A stretch of DNA of 63,678 nt, the filler included, from Acidimicrobiia bacterium (GTDB lineage Bacteria; Actinomycetota; Acidimicrobiia; Spongiisociales; SHLN01): the NCBI GenBank assembly GCA_041619515.1. It is 3 parts of 3 records of this genome, joined end to end, with 100 filler letters (N's around TTAATTAATTAA, not from the genome) between each part and the next. Parts side by side here need not be neighbours in the genome. Positions count along the whole stretch, not along the records: positions 22,116 to 43,924 come from JBFKDW010000052.1; positions 44,025 to 63,678 come from JBFKDW010000056.1; 1 more part is not named here. One strand, 5' to 3'. Below the pieces are notes generated by a model, which saw nothing but the letters and a program-made list of their open reading frames with translations, ran no database searches and was not told where the DNA came from. The position numbers were made by a program, and so were the translations under genes. Shown in pieces: positions 35,519 through 45,202 of this stretch; positions within the stretch are counted from its first letter, which is position 1; each line of letters starts with the position of its first letter.

Positions 35519-36082
35519 GTGAACTGGTTCCACAATCGCTACTGCGCGTCGGAGCGATGGAAGTCTGTCATGGTCGACGAGATCCTGCCGTGGGTCCTGG
35601 ACCCCGGCGAGCTGGCTGCGCCGGTTCTCGAGATCGGGCCCGGTCCCGGGATCGTGACCGAAGCTCTCCTCCGGTATGGGGTTGAGCGTCTCACCACCAT
35701 CGAGATCGAGGAAGGAGCCGCCGATAGGCTGCGGGACCGCTTCGGGGGAGCAGTCGATGTCACGACCGGTGACGCCACCAGGATGTCGCTGCCCGACGCG
35801 ACGTTTTCGACAGTCGTCTGCTGCACGATGCTGCACCATGTGCCGACCGCGGCCGGCCAGGATGCGGTGCTGCGGGAGGCGTTTCGGGTCCTGCGGCCGG
35901 GCGGGGTCCTGCTGGGAAGTGACAGCCGCCCCAGCCCCCGGCTGCGGCTCTACCACCTCAACGACGTCTTCAACCCGGTCGACCCGTTTTCGCTTGAAGA
36001 CCGCCTCGCCCGGGCGGGTTTCGACTCCGCCTCCGTCGACGCCACCAAGGGGCGCTTCCGGTTCCGAGCCGTCAAGGCCTGA
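35519..36082 (+). CDS. Class I SAM-dependent methyltransferase
   Basis: VLEIGPGPG, GDAT, MLHHV, RVLRPGG. Confidence 0.9.
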   Translation: MNWFHNRYCASERWKSVMVDEILPWVLDPGELAAPVLEIGPGPGIVTEALLRYGVERLTTIEIEEGAADRLRDRFGGAVDVTTGDATRMSLPDATFSTVVCCTMLHHVPTAAGQDAVLREAFRVLRPGGVLLGSDSRPSPRLRLYHLNDVFNPVDPFSLEDRLARAGFDSASVDATKGRFRFRAVKA

Positions 36083-36085
36083 GTC

Positions 36086-36895
36086 TCAGTATTTCTCCGG
36101 CACGAACGTCTGGTCCGACAGGGGCGGACGGACATAGGCTCCGCTGTCCTCCCGGGGCGGGAGCTCCAAAGGCGGGCGGGTGACGTTCTCGTAGGGAATC
36201 ATGCTGAGCAGGTGGCTGATGGTGTTCAGCCGGGCCCGGCGCTTGTCGTCGGCATCGACGACGTACCACGGGGCCTGCTTGATGTCGGTGTGAGCGAACA
36301 TCTCGTCCTTGGCTTTGGAGTATTCGAGCCAGCGCCGCCGTGACTCCAGATCCATGTCGCTCAGCTTCCAGCGCTTCTTCGGATCGTGGATGCGACCCTG
36401 GAAGCGCCGCTCCTGCTCCTCGTCGCTGACCGAGAACCAGTACTTGAGGAGTGTGATTCCAGAACGCACCAGCATGCGCTCGAACTCCGGACAGGTGCGC
36501 ATGAACTCCTGATATTCCTCATCGGTGCAGAACCCCATCACCCGTTCAACGCCCGCCCGGTTGTACCAGCTCCTATCGAACAGAACCATCTCGCCGGCGG
36601 CCGGTAGATGCGGCACGTACCTCTGGAAATACCACTGGGTCTTCTCCTTCTCGGTCGGGGTGCCGAGCGCGACCGTACGCACCACCCGGGGGTTGAGGCG
36701 CTCGCTGATCCGCTTGATGACCCCACCCTTGCCGGCCGCATCCCGGCCTTCGAAGATGACCACCACCTTGAGGCCCTCGTGTTTGATCCATGCCTGCAGC
36801 TTGGCGAGCTCGATTTGGAGCTGGGCCAGCTCTTCCTCGTAGAACTTCGCCTTCAGCTTTCCTTTGCTGTTGAGATGGCGCTCTTCGACCGTCAT
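36086..36895 (-). CDS. ppk2: Polyphosphate kinase 2
   Basis: FEGRDAAGKGG, WYFQRY, FDRSWYNRAGVE, WKLS.MD. Confidence 0.97.
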   Translation of the reverse strand: MTVEERHLNSKGKLKAKFYEEELAQLQIELAKLQAWIKHEGLKVVVIFEGRDAAGKGGVIKRISERLNPRVVRTVALGTPTEKEKTQWYFQRYVPHLPAAGEMVLFDRSWYNRAGVERVMGFCTDEEYQEFMRTCPEFERMLVRSGITLLKYWFSVSDEEQERRFQGRIHDPKKRWKLSDMDLESRRRWLEYSKAKDEMFAHTDIKQAPWYVVDADDKRRARLNTISHLLSMIPYENVTRPPLELPPREDSGAYVRPPLSDQTFVPEKY

Positions 36896-36980
36896 GTCCT
36901 CAACCTAATGCAACGGGAACTGCCGCGCCGCGCCCCTCGCCGGGAGCGGAGGCGGACGCCGGCCGTGCGAGACTTGGGCC

Positions 36981-37544
36981 ATGGTCGACGAAGCCGCCCG
37001 CCGCCTCTTCATCGCAGTCGACCTCACCGACGATGTGCGTCATGGTCTCGCCGCCCATCTGAGGGCTGCTCTCGGCCACGCGCCGGTGCCGGGGCGCCCG
37101 GTCGTGCCTGCCAACTGGCACATCACGCTCCGGTTCCTGGGCAATTCGACCGAGTGGCAGTGCGAGACTGTGCTGGCGGGCCTGACTGAGACCGAGCTCG
37201 GCCGCCCGTTCACGCTGTCGTTCTCGGGGTTGGGAGCGTTTCCACGGCCGGCGCGAGCGACGGTATTGTGGCTCGGCGTAGCCGAAGGCTCCTCGGCGCT
37301 CACCGGATTGGCATCTGTCATCGAGGATGTGGTCGGCTCCGCCGGCTTCGTGCCCGAGGACCGGCCGTTCCATCCCCACCTCACACTCAGCCGCCTGCGC
37401 CCCCCACAGGATGTGGGGAGGGTCATCAATTCCGTGGCGCCATTCCCGCTCCGCCAGCAGGTGAATGGCATAACCATCTTCCGCAGCCACCTCGGGGGCG
37501 GTCCCGCCCGCTATGAACCGATCGAGGTGGTTCCGCTCGGGTGA
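36981..37544 (+). CDS. thpR: RNA 2',3'-cyclic phosphodiesterase (2H family)
   Basis: RLFIAV, HITLRFLG, FHPHLTLSR. Confidence 0.92.
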   Translation: MVDEAARRLFIAVDLTDDVRHGLAAHLRAALGHAPVPGRPVVPANWHITLRFLGNSTEWQCETVLAGLTETELGRPFTLSFSGLGAFPRPARATVLWLGVAEGSSALTGLASVIEDVVGSAGFVPEDRPFHPHLTLSRLRPPQDVGRVINSVAPFPLRQQVNGITIFRSHLGGGPARYEPIEVVPLG

Positions 37545-37581
37545 GTCTCCCGAGCCGGGTGCGTGCGCCTAGCCTGCGGCC

Positions 37582-38448
37582 ATGAGCGAACACAGGCGGA
37601 CCGGGCTCAGGCTGCCTGCGGGGCTGCCGGCGCGGCGGATCGGGGCCGCTGCCATGGCGTTGTTGGCGATGGGCCTGGTCGGGCTCGGAGCCCGAAAGCT
37701 GCCCGGCAGCGGCTCGACCCGCGACCCGATCGTGATCAACTTCGATCTCCAGCAGGCGCTGACCAACTTCTTCTTGACGGTGGGAGGCATCGTTGCCGCC
37801 GTCGTCGTCATCGTGATCTTCCTGCCCGGTCAGGAGCCGCTGGACCTCCCGAGGCGCTCGCTGGCCAAATACGTGCTGGGCCCGCTCGGCATCCTGCTGT
37901 TCGTCGCTCTCCTCATGCTGTGGCCGCGTTCGGACCCCGAGCCGCCCCAGCAACAGCCGAGGCCCGACACCGTGGCCGACGTTCCCCCGCCGGCGCCCAG
38001 CGGTGACGTCTCGAGGTGGGGCTTCTTCGCACTGCTGGGGACGATGGGCCTGGTGCTGGTCGTCATCGGACGCCGCGCCCGGTCCGAGCCGCCAGCGGCC
38101 CCGGCCCGGGAGCAGATGGTCGAAACCGAGGGCGACATCCTGGCCTTTCTCGACGTTCCCGATGACATCGTCGGAGGCGACGAGCCGCGGGCGGCCGTCA
38201 TCAGTGCCTACGCCGACATGGTCCGGGCGTTCACCACCCAACACCTGGGCCCGTTCCTTTCCGAAACCCCGCGTGAGTTCGCCGACCGGGCCCGGCGTCG
38301 CCTGGACGTGGCTGCAGCAGCGATCCTGCGCCTCACCGAGCTGTTCGAGCTGGCCCGGTTCAGCCACCACTCGATCTCTGTTTCCGACGCCGACGAATCC
38401 CGCCGGGCCATTGCGGTGGTGCAGCGCGAGCTGGAGGCGGTCCCATGA
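37582..38448 (+). CDS. DUF4129-domain membrane protein
   Basis: N-terminal TMs; C-terminal AVISAY..M...SETPREF...LTELFELARFS.H. Confidence 0.8.
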   Translation: MSEHRRTGLRLPAGLPARRIGAAAMALLAMGLVGLGARKLPGSGSTRDPIVINFDLQQALTNFFLTVGGIVAAVVVIVIFLPGQEPLDLPRRSLAKYVLGPLGILLFVALLMLWPRSDPEPPQQQPRPDTVADVPPPAPSGDVSRWGFFALLGTMGLVLVVIGRRARSEPPAAPAREQMVETEGDILAFLDVPDDIVGGDEPRAAVISAYADMVRAFTTQHLGPFLSETPREFADRARRRLDVAAAAILRLTELFELARFSHHSISVSDADESRRAIAVVQRELEAVP

Positions 38449-38942
38449 GGCGCGTGGCCGCTATTGCCGCCGTCTCGTCGGTGCTGGTGCTCGGGTCCTC
38501 ATTCGCTCTTCCCCGGCCCGGGGCGGTGCTCGTGCTCGAGATCTTCCTGGCGGTCGTTGCCATCCTGGCGCTGCGTTCGCTGCTTCCCACCCTCGGCGAT
38601 CCTCGTCCCCCGCAACCTCGCCGCTGGTGGCGCCGGGGGCGGGATCAGGCGACGACTCCCCGCTGGCTGATGCGGTATCAAGGCCTCGTCTCGGCGGCGA
38701 CCCGGGACACCGTTTCGGCCGACGAGCGGCTCTTTCGACAGCTGCGCCAGCTGGCCGGGGAGCGCCTCGAACACCTGCACGACGTCGACCTGGAGGCCGA
38801 TCCCGCTACAGCCCGGGACCTGCTGGGCGAAGCGGGATGGAACGTTCTGCGGCCCGACTGGGCGGAGGGACGCGGAGCCTGGGATCCGGGGGCGACCCTC
38901 GAGGAGATCGACGCGGCGGTAACCGCCATCGAGGGGCTTTAG
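38445..38942 (+). CDS. Hypothetical membrane protein of the MoxR operon
   Basis: ATGA coupling; two N-terminal TMs. Confidence 0.75.
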   Translation: MRRVAAIAAVSSVLVLGSSFALPRPGAVLVLEIFLAVVAILALRSLLPTLGDPRPPQPRRWWRRGRDQATTPRWLMRYQGLVSAATRDTVSADERLFRQLRQLAGERLEHLHDVDLEADPATARDLLGEAGWNVLRPDWAEGRGAWDPGATLEEIDAAVTAIEGL

Positions 38943-38951
38943 GCTCGTCGC

Positions 38952-39923
38952 ATGGAAGCCTCCGGAGTCGGTCTCGTCGCCACAGATGCCGGCAGGATCC
39001 TCGACGAGTTGGAGCGGGTCATCGTCGGCAAGCGGGAGGTGCTGGAGCTGCTGCTTCTCACCCTGCTGGCCGATGGGCACCTTCTCATCGAGGATTACCC
39101 CGGCCTGGGCAAGACGCTCATGGCCCGGGCCTTTGCCCAGGTGACGGCGCTGAAATTCTCCAGAGTCCAGTTCACACCCGACCTCATGCCGATGGACATC
39201 ACCGGCTCTACGGTGCTGGATCCAAAAGAGGAGCTCGTGTTCCGCGCCGGGCCCGTGTTCACCAACCTCATGCTCGCCGACGAGATCAACCGGGCGCCGG
39301 CCAAGACCCAGGCCGCCCTCCTCGAGGCGATGGAGGAGCGCCAGGTCACCACCGACGGTCAAACCCGCCCGCTGCCCACCCCGTTTCTCGTCATTGCCAC
39401 CCAGAACCCCATCGAATACGAAGGAACGTATCCGCTGCCGGAAGCCCAGCTGGACCGCTTTCTTGCCCGCATCCGAGTGGGCTACCCGGAAGGCGATGAC
39501 GAATGGCAGGTGATCTCGCGGCGGCTGCAGCGGCGCACCGACCAGGTGAAGCTCGACGTCGTGGTGGATGTCGATCGGTTGCGCACCATGCAGGCCACCG
39601 TCGAGGACGTGCATGTGTCTCCCGCAGTCGGCCACTACATCGTCGAGATAGCCCGCGCCACCCGACGGCACGGATCCGTCTACGTGGGAGCCAGTCCGCG
39701 CGGCTCGTTGGCGATGATGAAGCTGGCCCGGGCGCACGCAATGATGCAGGCCAGGGACTTCGTCATCCCCGACGACGTCAAGCACGTGGCGATTCCCGCC
39801 CTCGGGCATCGGCTGGTGCTGCGACCCGAGCTGTGGGTCCAGGAGATTCGGGCCGACGACATCATCACCGAGTGCATCGACGGGGTCCGGGTGCCGGCTG
39901 CCCCGACTTCTTCGAGCCGGTGA
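38952..39923 (+). CDS. moxR: MoxR-family AAA+ ATPase
   Basis: EDYPGLGKT, QFTPDLMP.D, ADEINRA, ATQNPIEYEGTYPLPEAQLDRF. Confidence 0.95.
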   Translation: MEASGVGLVATDAGRILDELERVIVGKREVLELLLLTLLADGHLLIEDYPGLGKTLMARAFAQVTALKFSRVQFTPDLMPMDITGSTVLDPKEELVFRAGPVFTNLMLADEINRAPAKTQAALLEAMEERQVTTDGQTRPLPTPFLVIATQNPIEYEGTYPLPEAQLDRFLARIRVGYPEGDDEWQVISRRLQRRTDQVKLDVVVDVDRLRTMQATVEDVHVSPAVGHYIVEIARATRRHGSVYVGASPRGSLAMMKLARAHAMMQARDFVIPDDVKHVAIPALGHRLVLRPELWVQEIRADDIITECIDGVRVPAAPTSSSR

Positions 39924-41221
39924 GCCGGACCACTGCCCGGTTCGGCGGCTATGCGCTGCTCAGCGTGGTCGGCCTCCTGGGAGGGGTTGCCCTCGGCAGG
40001 CCGGAACTGGTCGCGGTTGCGGCCCCGGCCGTCCTCATTCTCGGATTCGGACTGCTGGGAGCACAGACCCCTGCGCCGCAGGTCTCCATCTCGGCCGACC
40101 GCCGGCGGGCACTGGAAGGAGAGCTCGTCGACGTCGAAATCGTCATAACGGCCGAGCGGGCGATTCCTCGCTTGCACCTGTCGATTGCGCTCCCCGCCGG
40201 GTTGACGATCGACGAGGAGGAGGCACCGACAGCAGTACGAGCCGGCGGACGGGAGATCGAGCTGCTGACCCCACTGGTGGACGGCGAAGTGGCCGTCCGT
40301 CTTCCGGTCCGCTGTCAGCGCTGGGGCGCCTACCGACGGGTCGGCATCGAGCTGACCGCATCCGATTTCTTCGGACTGTTCCGCTACGCCGCCGCACTCT
40401 CAGGGGTCGTGTCGCTGAAAGTGTTTCCCGCCGAGAATTTGCTGGCACGACTCCTGGCCCCGGTGGAAACCCAGCTCGGCCTCGGGGAGCTGCTGTCGCG
40501 GCGGCGGGGGGATGGGCTCGAGTTCGCCGAGCTGCGATCCTATGCGCCCGGCGACGATCGGCGCCGCATCAACTGGCGAGCCAGCGCCCGCGGCCGGGGG
40601 GTGTGGGTCAACGAGCACCACCCCGACCGGAACGGGGACGTGGTCCTGCTCATCGACAGCTCACGAGCCAGCCGTGCAACCGACGAGGAGGTGCTCGACC
40701 TGGCGGTGAGCGCAGCCGCCTCACTGGCCTCCGGGCACCTGGGACGCCGCGACCGGGTTGGGCTCATAGTGCTCGGCGGCCGCCTCGTGTGGATTCGTCC
40801 TCGCATGGCCTCGGCTCAGCGCTACCAGATCCTCGACGTTCTCACCGACAGCCGCCGGTTTCGCCGCCCGGAAACAGCCGGCGCCATCCGGGTGCCGTAC
40901 CGGGCCCTGCCTCCCCAATCCCTCGTCGTCGGGGTGAGCCCGATGCTCGACCAGGCCGTTGTTGCCGCATTCGGGGACCTGCGCGGGCGCGGATTCGACA
41001 TGGCCATCGTCGAGATCGCCTCCGAGGAGCTGACGCCGGTTCCCATCTCCGAGGAGGGAAGGCTGGCGAGGCGCATCTGGTTGCTGGAGCGAGACCGGGT
41101 CCGCAGACGGTTCGCCAGGAGCGGTGTCGCCTTCGCCCGTTGGAATCCCGAGGATCCGTTCGACTATGCGCTCGGGGAGGTGGCATCGCTACGCCGAAGC
41201 ATGATGCGCTCCCGAGGATGA
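39920..41221 (+). CDS. DUF58-domain protein
   Basis: GLEFAELRSYAPGDDRRRINWRASAR; GTGA overlap with moxR. Confidence 0.9.
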   Translation: MSRTTARFGGYALLSVVGLLGGVALGRPELVAVAAPAVLILGFGLLGAQTPAPQVSISADRRRALEGELVDVEIVITAERAIPRLHLSIALPAGLTIDEEEAPTAVRAGGREIELLTPLVDGEVAVRLPVRCQRWGAYRRVGIELTASDFFGLFRYAAALSGVVSLKVFPAENLLARLLAPVETQLGLGELLSRRRGDGLEFAELRSYAPGDDRRRINWRASARGRGVWVNEHHPDRNGDVVLLIDSSRASRATDEEVLDLAVSAAASLASGHLGRRDRVGLIVLGGRLVWIRPRMASAQRYQILDVLTDSRRFRRPETAGAIRVPYRALPPQSLVVGVSPMLDQAVVAAFGDLRGRGFDMAIVEIASEELTPVPISEEGRLARRIWLLERDRVRRRFARSGVAFARWNPEDPFDYALGEVASLRRSMMRSRG

Positions 41222-41703
41222 GCCAGGCAGCGGCGGGGCTGCTGCTTGCCGCTGCCGTGGTCGCCTACCCCGTGCTGGGCCCCACCTCGCTGCGGGGCCT
41301 CTACGTGTTCATCGGGGTCATCGGAGTGGCCGCGCTCATGGTGGCCGTGCTGGCGTCGGTGCCCGGCCTGGTGGGCCTGGGATTGCTCATCCTGTTCTCG
41401 GAGTTCGCAGCTTCGCTCGTCGCACGCGACCAGCTCGACTGGGGGGCGCCGCTCTATGGCGCCGCCCTGCTCCTGCTCGGCGAGCTCGCCCATGGGCTGG
41501 CAGCGCGCAACCTGCCCGGCCCGGTCGGGGCCGAGCCGGTCCGCACGCTTGTGGTTGCGGCGCTGGCGACGGCGTCGGGGTACGTCGTGCTGGCACTCGT
41601 AGCCCTCCCGGTGCCCCACGGCGAGTTGCTGCTGGCGGTGGGCGCCGGTGTGGCCGCGGCGCTGGTGCTGGGCCTGGCAGGTCTGACCCGGGCGCGCAGG
41701 TAG
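41218..41703 (+). CDS. Hypothetical integral membrane protein
   Basis: ATGA overlap; almost entirely hydrophobic. Confidence 0.72.
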   Translation: MSQAAAGLLLAAAVVAYPVLGPTSLRGLYVFIGVIGVAALMVAVLASVPGLVGLGLLILFSEFAASLVARDQLDWGAPLYGAALLLLGELAHGLAARNLPGPVGAEPVRTLVVAALATASGYVVLALVALPVPHGELLLAVGAGVAAALVLGLAGLTRARR

Positions 41704-41722
41704 GGCGCGCCCGGGGTGCGGC

Positions 41723-42103
41723 CTACGCCGGCTGGAAGAGGCCCAGGATGTTGCCCTCGCTGTCCGTGAACCAGGCCGCCTTCTGACCCTCGGGCAGGGC
41801 GGCAATGCCGTCGACCGTCTTGAGCTCGTCGAAGTCGTATTCCTGGAACTCGACGCCGTTCTTCCTGAGCCCGGCGACGACTGCCTCGATGTCGTCAACC
41901 TCCCAGGCGGCGGCGGTTGCCTGGTTGGTCCCGGCAAACGCCGACGGGTAGAGCAGGAATCGTGAGCTGCCGGTCTGGTAGAAGGCACCGCCTTCTCCCA
42001 TTTCTTCGGTCGGCTTGAGCCCGAGTTTGTCGCGGTAGAAGTCCTTGGCGCGCTGGAAGTCCGACGCCGGCAGCGATGCTTCCAGCGAGTACTTGTCGAG
42101 CAT
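41723..42103 (-). CDS. VOC (glyoxalase) family protein
   Basis: RAKDFYRDKLGL, VDDIE, AWFTDSEGN. Confidence 0.9.
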   Translation of the reverse strand: MLDKYSLEASLPASDFQRAKDFYRDKLGLKPTEEMGEGGAFYQTGSSRFLLYPSAFAGTNQATAAAWEVDDIEAVVAGLRKNGVEFQEYDFDELKTVDGIAALPEGQKAAWFTDSEGNILGLFQPA

Positions 42104-42197
42104 GGTGAGCCCCCTTCTTTCGTAGCCACCGTTGCGCCAACGCTACACCTCGACGCCTCCCGGTGTGGCCGGCTTTCGGCCGGGCATGGAGCCGGGT

Positions 42198-43196
42198 CTA
42201 ATCGACTCCATGGGGGCGGAACAGCTCGTCATGGAGGCGGAGGGCGTAGCGGTCGGTCATGCCCGCGACGTAGTCGATGACCTGGGTGAGGTCGCTTGCC
42301 GCCGGATGGCGATACGTGTCCGGGATTTGCTCGGGGTCGTCGAGGAAGAAATCCACCAGCTCATGGATGACGGTGAAGACCCGCCGCTTGTGCGCCTCGG
42401 TCTCGGGCCGCAGGTAGACGCGATCGAACATGAAGTCGCGTAGCTCGTGCATGATCTCCAGGCAGGCGGGCTCCATCGCCACGTTCCCGGTGGCGATGGA
42501 TTCCTCGATGACCGCCTCGATCATCGCGGCTATCCACGCGCTCCCGGGCTCGCCGAATCGGGCGGTTGCCGACGACGGGAGCTGCTCCTCGGCGATGATC
42601 CCCGCCCGCAGAGCGTCGAGCACGTCGTGGGTGAGATAGGCGATCCGATCGGCGAACCGGCATACGTTTCCCTCCGGAGTAGCCGGGGGAGGATCGATCT
42701 TCCACGAGTGGGCTCTGATCCCGTCGAGCACCTCCCAGGTGAGGTTGAGTGGCTCCAGCACGCGAAAAATGCGCAAACCCTGCTGGGAGTGGAGCCACTC
42801 CCACTCCACGTAGTCGGTGAGGGCATCCTCGCCGGTGTGTCCGAACGGCGCATGACCGACGTCATGACCGAGGCAGATGGCCTCCGTGAGCGGTTCGCTG
42901 AGGCTCAGGAAGTTGGCGATCGAGCGGCCGATCTGTGTGACCTGGAGCGTGTGGGTGAGCCGGGTGACGAAATGGTCGTCCTCCGGGTCGATGAACACCT
43001 GGGTCTTGTGCTTGAGGCGTCGGAAGGCCTTGGAATGGAGGATGCGGTCCCGGTCACGTTCGAACGCCGTTCGATACGGGTCGGGCTGCTCTTCCACTTC
43101 CCGGCCCCTCGAGCGGGTCGACAGCGTGGCCGCCGGCGCCAGCAGCGCTCTCTCCAACCGCTCGGCTTCCTCACGTGTCCGCCGCTTGAATTCCAT
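42198..43196 (-). CDS. HD-domain dNTP triphosphohydrolase (short dGTPase-like)
   Basis: FERDRDRILHSKAFRRLKHKTQVF, TRLTH, GHDVGHAPFGH.GE, ADRIAY, DYVAGMTD. Confidence 0.92.
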   Translation of the reverse strand: MEFKRRTREEAERLERALLAPAATLSTRSRGREVEEQPDPYRTAFERDRDRILHSKAFRRLKHKTQVFIDPEDDHFVTRLTHTLQVTQIGRSIANFLSLSEPLTEAICLGHDVGHAPFGHTGEDALTDYVEWEWLHSQQGLRIFRVLEPLNLTWEVLDGIRAHSWKIDPPPATPEGNVCRFADRIAYLTHDVLDALRAGIIAEEQLPSSATARFGEPGSAWIAAMIEAVIEESIATGNVAMEPACLEIMHELRDFMFDRVYLRPETEAHKRRVFTVIHELVDFFLDDPEQIPDTYRHPAASDLTQVIDYVAGMTDRYALRLHDELFRPHGVD

Positions 43197-43246
43197 CAGC
43201 GCGGTTCCCGGGCCTGGAGAGCGATCGGTTGCTGGAGGGCTCTCAC

Positions 43247-43924
43247 CTAGACGATCCGCTCGCGGATGCGGGCGGAGAGGAAGTCGAGGCTGGATACCAC
43301 GATGGCGATCGCCAGCATCTGCACCGAGGCGGCCCGGTAGTTCAACAGGGTCACGTTCTGTTGAAGGATGAGGCCGACTCCGCCACCGCCGGCAAACCCG
43401 ATGATGGTGGACATGCGCACGTTGATGTCCCACCGGTACAGGGTGAAGGAGATGTAGGGCGGAACCACCTGGGGCAGCACCGCATACACGATCGTTTGGA
43501 GACGGGTGGCGCCGGTGGCGGACACCGCCTCCAGCGGCCCTTCGCTGATCGATTCGACCTGCTCGGAATACAGCTTGGCCAGCGCCACGGTGGTGTGGAG
43601 GCCGAGGGCGAGCGCCCCGGCGAACGGTCCGATCCCGACCCATATCACGAACACGATCACCATGACGAGCGGCTCCATGGAGCGCAGGGCGTTGAAGAAG
43701 GTCCGTGCCACGTAGTAGGTGGTGAGCCCGATGCGCTGGTTGTCCCTCACCCGGTTGCGCCAGGCCGCCCAGAGGGCGATGACCCCCGCCACCCCGGCCG
43801 GGATCCAGAGAGTCTTGGTGGGGTCGTTCAGCTGATAGAGCCATTCGATCAGCCAGCCGATCCCGGCCCCGATGAGGGCGCCGGATGCGGCGGCCAGCGG
43901 GTAACGCAGCGTCGCCTTGACGGA
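43247..43924 (-). CDS. phnE: Phosphonate/phosphite ABC transporter permease, 5'-truncated
   Basis: GPFAGALAL.LHT...LAKLYSE..E, YRWDINVR.STIIG..G.GG.G. Confidence 0.88.
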   Translation of the reverse strand, partial: SVKATLRYPLAAASGALIGAGIGWLIEWLYQLNDPTKTLWIPAGVAGVIALWAAWRNRVRDNQRIGLTTYYVARTFFNALRSMEPLVMVIVFVIWVGIGPFAGALALGLHTTVALAKLYSEQVESISEGPLEAVSATGATRLQTIVYAVLPQVVPPYISFTLYRWDINVRMSTIIGFAGGGGVGLILQQNVTLLNYRAASVQMLAIAIVVSSLDFLSARIRERIV

Positions 43925-44024
43925 NNNNNNNNNNNNNNNNNNNNNNNNNNNNNNNNNNNNNNNNNNNNTTAATTAATTAANNNNNNNNNNNNNNNNNNNN
44001 NNNNNNNNNNNNNNNNNNNNNNNN
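43925..44024. other. Artificial contig spacer (Ns plus TTAATTAATTAA at 43969-43980)
   Basis: Same layout as 22016-22115. Confidence 0.98.
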
Positions 44025-44100
44025 CTCCCCCTCCGGGGGAGGAGAGTGGTGGTGGTTCTCTCCCCCCGGAGGGGGGAGTCCGGCGTAGCCGGGAGGGGGG
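44025..44100. repeat. REP-like GC-rich palindromic elements in inverted orientation
   Basis: CTCCCCC-TCC-GGGGGAG (44025-44041), CTCCCCCC-GGA-GGGGGGAG (44060-44078), then CCGGC-GTA-GCCGG; sits at the contig end, downstream of the IDH pair. Confidence 0.65.
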
Positions 44101-44197
44101 CAGCCCTTCGGGCTGCTTGGCAGTTGCTGCGCAACTGCAGGCATGGGTTACGGCCGCCCTGCGGGCAACTGCAGGCGTGGGCTCTGGGGACGGGAGA

Positions 44198-45202
44198 TCA
44201 GAGCTGGGCGATGATGGCGTCTGTCATCTCGGAGGTGGTGGCGGTTCCGCCGAGGTCGGCGGTGACGGTTTCGCCGGCGACGGTGACCGCCTCGATGGCG
44301 GCTGCGATGCGCTCGGCGGCGGGGCGCTCGTCGATGAAGTGGAGCAGGTCGACGACCGGGGTCAGCAGCGGAAGGGGATTGGCAACGCCCTTGCCGACGA
44401 GATCGGCGGCATCGCCATGAACGGCCTCGTAGATGCGGACGTCGTCACCAATGTCGATCCCGAGGCTCGACGAGATGCCTCCCGTGAGCCCGTTGCACAG
44501 GCTGGAGAGGACATCGCCGTACAGGTTGCCCATCAACAGCACGTCGAATTGATAGGGGTCCAGCACCAGCTGCATGCAGGCGGCATCGACGATCACGGTG
44601 CGAAGCGGGATCTGCGGATAATCGGCGGCGACTTCCCGAACCGTGTCCAGGAACAGGCCGTCGGACTTCTTCATGATGTTGGCCTTGTGGATGAAGCTGA
44701 GGTGTTTGCGATCCAGGTGGAGCATCGTCTCGAAGGCAAACCGGGCGATGCGCTCGGAAGCCTCCCGGGTCACCACCTTGATCGATTCGATCACGCCGGG
44801 CACGATCTCGTGCTCGATCCCCTTGTAGATGTCCTCGCTGTTCTCGCGGATGATGATGAGGTCGAGGTCGGGGAAGCGCCACGACACTCCGGGGAGGCTG
44901 CGAATCGAACGCACCCCGGCGAACAGCTCCAGCCGGCGTCGGAGTAGCACGTTGAGGTTGTTGGAGACGTCGGTGGGGCCACCGGGGGGCGTGAGCAGCC
45001 GTGTCTTGAGGGCGAGGCCCACCGCCCGGGCTGCCGAGGCGGCCTCTTCGAGCTGGGCGACCGCACCGGGGTAGTCCGGGGCGTTGACGTCGATCCGGTT
45101 CCAGCGGATCGTGACGCCGGCGGCCTCGATCACCCGGAGCACCTCGGGCGTGATCTCTTGATTGATGCCGCCTCCGACGATGAGAGCGATCTCGCGGCTC
45201 AC
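44198..45202 (-). CDS. Isocitrate/isopropylmalate dehydrogenase family protein, degenerate copy B
   Basis: RENSEDIY, HKANIM, NLYGDVLSS, EAVHGDAAD. Confidence 0.88.
   Translation of the reverse strand: MSREIALIVGGGINQEITPEVLRVIEAAGVTIRWNRIDVNAPDYPGAVAQLEEAASAARAVGLALKTRLLTPPGGPTDVSNNLNVLLRRRLELFAGVRSIRSLPGVSWRFPDLDLIIIRENSEDIYKGIEHEIVPGVIESIKVVTREASERIARFAFETMLHLDRKHLSFIHKANIMKKSDGLFLDTVREVAADYPQIPLRTVIVDAACMQLVLDPYQFDVLLMGNLYGDVLSSLCNGLTGGISSSLGIDIGDDVRIYEAVHGDAADLVGKGVANPLPLLTPVVDLLHFIDERPAAERIAAAIEAVTVAGETVTADLGGTATTSEMTDAIIAQL

Noticed and set aside
42198..43196. dGTPase as an anti-phage defence gene
   Set aside because: Short housekeeping-type enzyme in ordinary context, with no defence-island neighbours.
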